Assembly: GCF_006345805.1 (NCBI RefSeq)
Contig: NC_043014.1
Location: 31,000,001 to 31,064,000 of the forward strand
Direction: 5' to 3'
DNA: 64,000 nucleotides
Origin: Octopus sinensis
Taxonomy: Eukaryota
Shown: positions 62,822 to 64,000 of the stretch, piece after piece
Layout of the letters: each line of letters starts with the position of its first letter
Position numbering within the stretch: the first letter of the stretch is position 1
The notes under the pieces: model-generated
Told to the model about the DNA's origin: nothing
The model's input: the letters and a program-made list of their open reading frames with translations, nothing else
Database searches by the model: none
Made by a program: the position numbers and the translations under genes

Positions 62822-64000
62822 GTATATACATGGTGGGTATCTATCTCTCTCATCTACTCCTGCATGCTGATATTTTCCATCAGCCACACCTTCACCCTTG
62901 TCCATCACTCACTACATTCCCCCCACCCACATTTATCTGGTACTCTTCTCTCATACTCACCTCCAGATATCTTCAGGGTTCACTTTGCTACCTCATTGCC
63001 ATCATCTTTATCTCCTTTCCAGATATTCCCATTCACCTTTATATAATGTGGGGTACACCCTGTATTTTCTTTTTAGTAAGACACCTGTGCTTTACCCACT
63101 GTCATACTTTAGCTTTTCATCACCTGGGATATAGCCATCTCCCCCTCTTCCCCACTCTCTTAAGGTGCTTATTTTTCTTTTCTTGTCTTGTAAGCTTCTC
63201 GATGACCTCACTAGTGCTGGTGCTATGAAAAAAACACTTACCACACACTAAAAAGTGGTTAGCATTAGGTTGTTCATTATGTTGCATGGAAATCTTTGAA
63301 ATCATGAGATATGAGAAGAATCTTGTCGATAAATTTGAGGAATTATACGATGTCATTGCAAGATGTAAAAAAAACAAAACTTTCTCACATTACCAATCAC
63401 CATATTTTTATTTGATATTGCGATAATAATAAAATAATAATAGTAATAGTAATTTCAAATTTTGGTGCAAGGTCAGCAGTTTTGGGGAAAAGGTCAAGTT
63501 GATTAAATCAATGCCAGTGCTCAGCTCGTACTTATTTTATTGACCCTGAAGGGATGAAAGGCAAAGTCAACCGTGGCAGAATCTGAACTTAGAACATAAA
63601 AACGGACAAAATGCCACTAAACAATTTACCTACTGTGCTATCAATTCTGCCAGCTTGCTGTCTTAAATAATAATTATAATAATGATAATAATCATAATGA
63701 TTTCAAATTTTGACACTAGGCCAGCAACTTGCAGGGTGGGGTGGGGGCAGATAAGTCGAGTACATTGGCTAGGCCTGCTTTGCACCATGCATTTGATATC
63801 AGGACAATATGTTTTAGTATTTAGTTAAAGCCTTTCTTTTTAACTCTTGAGGCTTGTATTCCTTTTAGGTTATCTTTGTATATTCCTTAAACTCAGCATA
63901 TCAGCCTACAAATTCTGAAGATTGGGAGTGGTGTTGATATAATAGGTTAGTACCCCAGCACTGTCATGATACCATGTTGACAGTAATTTCTATCTATTGT

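Noticed and set aside
62634-63228. 130-173 aa ORFs
   Set aside because: They are built from (CT)n/(TA)n repeats and the pyrimidine-rich body of an RTE-tail-associated repeat.

Overview
AT-rich, intron-dominated eukaryotic DNA. The repeat families I recognise suggest an octopod (coleoid cephalopod) genome; that species call is pattern recall and unverified. Only one host coding exon is well supported: an internal 175-nt exon of RNA polymerase subunit RPB8 (POLR2H/RPABC3) at 50740-50914 (+), with canonical splice sites. I could not find its flanking exons in the window. The rest is largely transposon debris. It includes two tRNA-derived SINE families (about 25 and 19 copies by eye), several RTE-clade LINE fragments and a short RTE-tail-derived element. 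It also includes an internally deleted Penelope-like element, two mariner fossils, a pogo-like fossil, two TTAA/piggyBac-type MITE families, one hAT MITE and many microsatellites. Almost all supplied ORFs are microsatellite or TE translations. There is no CRISPR array, tRNA gene or rRNA gene. The most unusual signal is a variable-copy tandem array of a 26-nt motif in the RTE 3' UTR; each copy can fold as a compact H-type RNA pseudoknot. Other leads are a decayed hammerhead-like motif 5' of the Penelope ORF, a 42-bp fold-back at a retro-insertion junction, closely spaced inverted SINE pairs near the POLR2H exon, an orphan exon-like segment and a frame-preserving microexon candidate. Repeat boundaries are approximate unless defined by a TSD or TIR. 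All comparisons to known proteins are from memory, with no database search.
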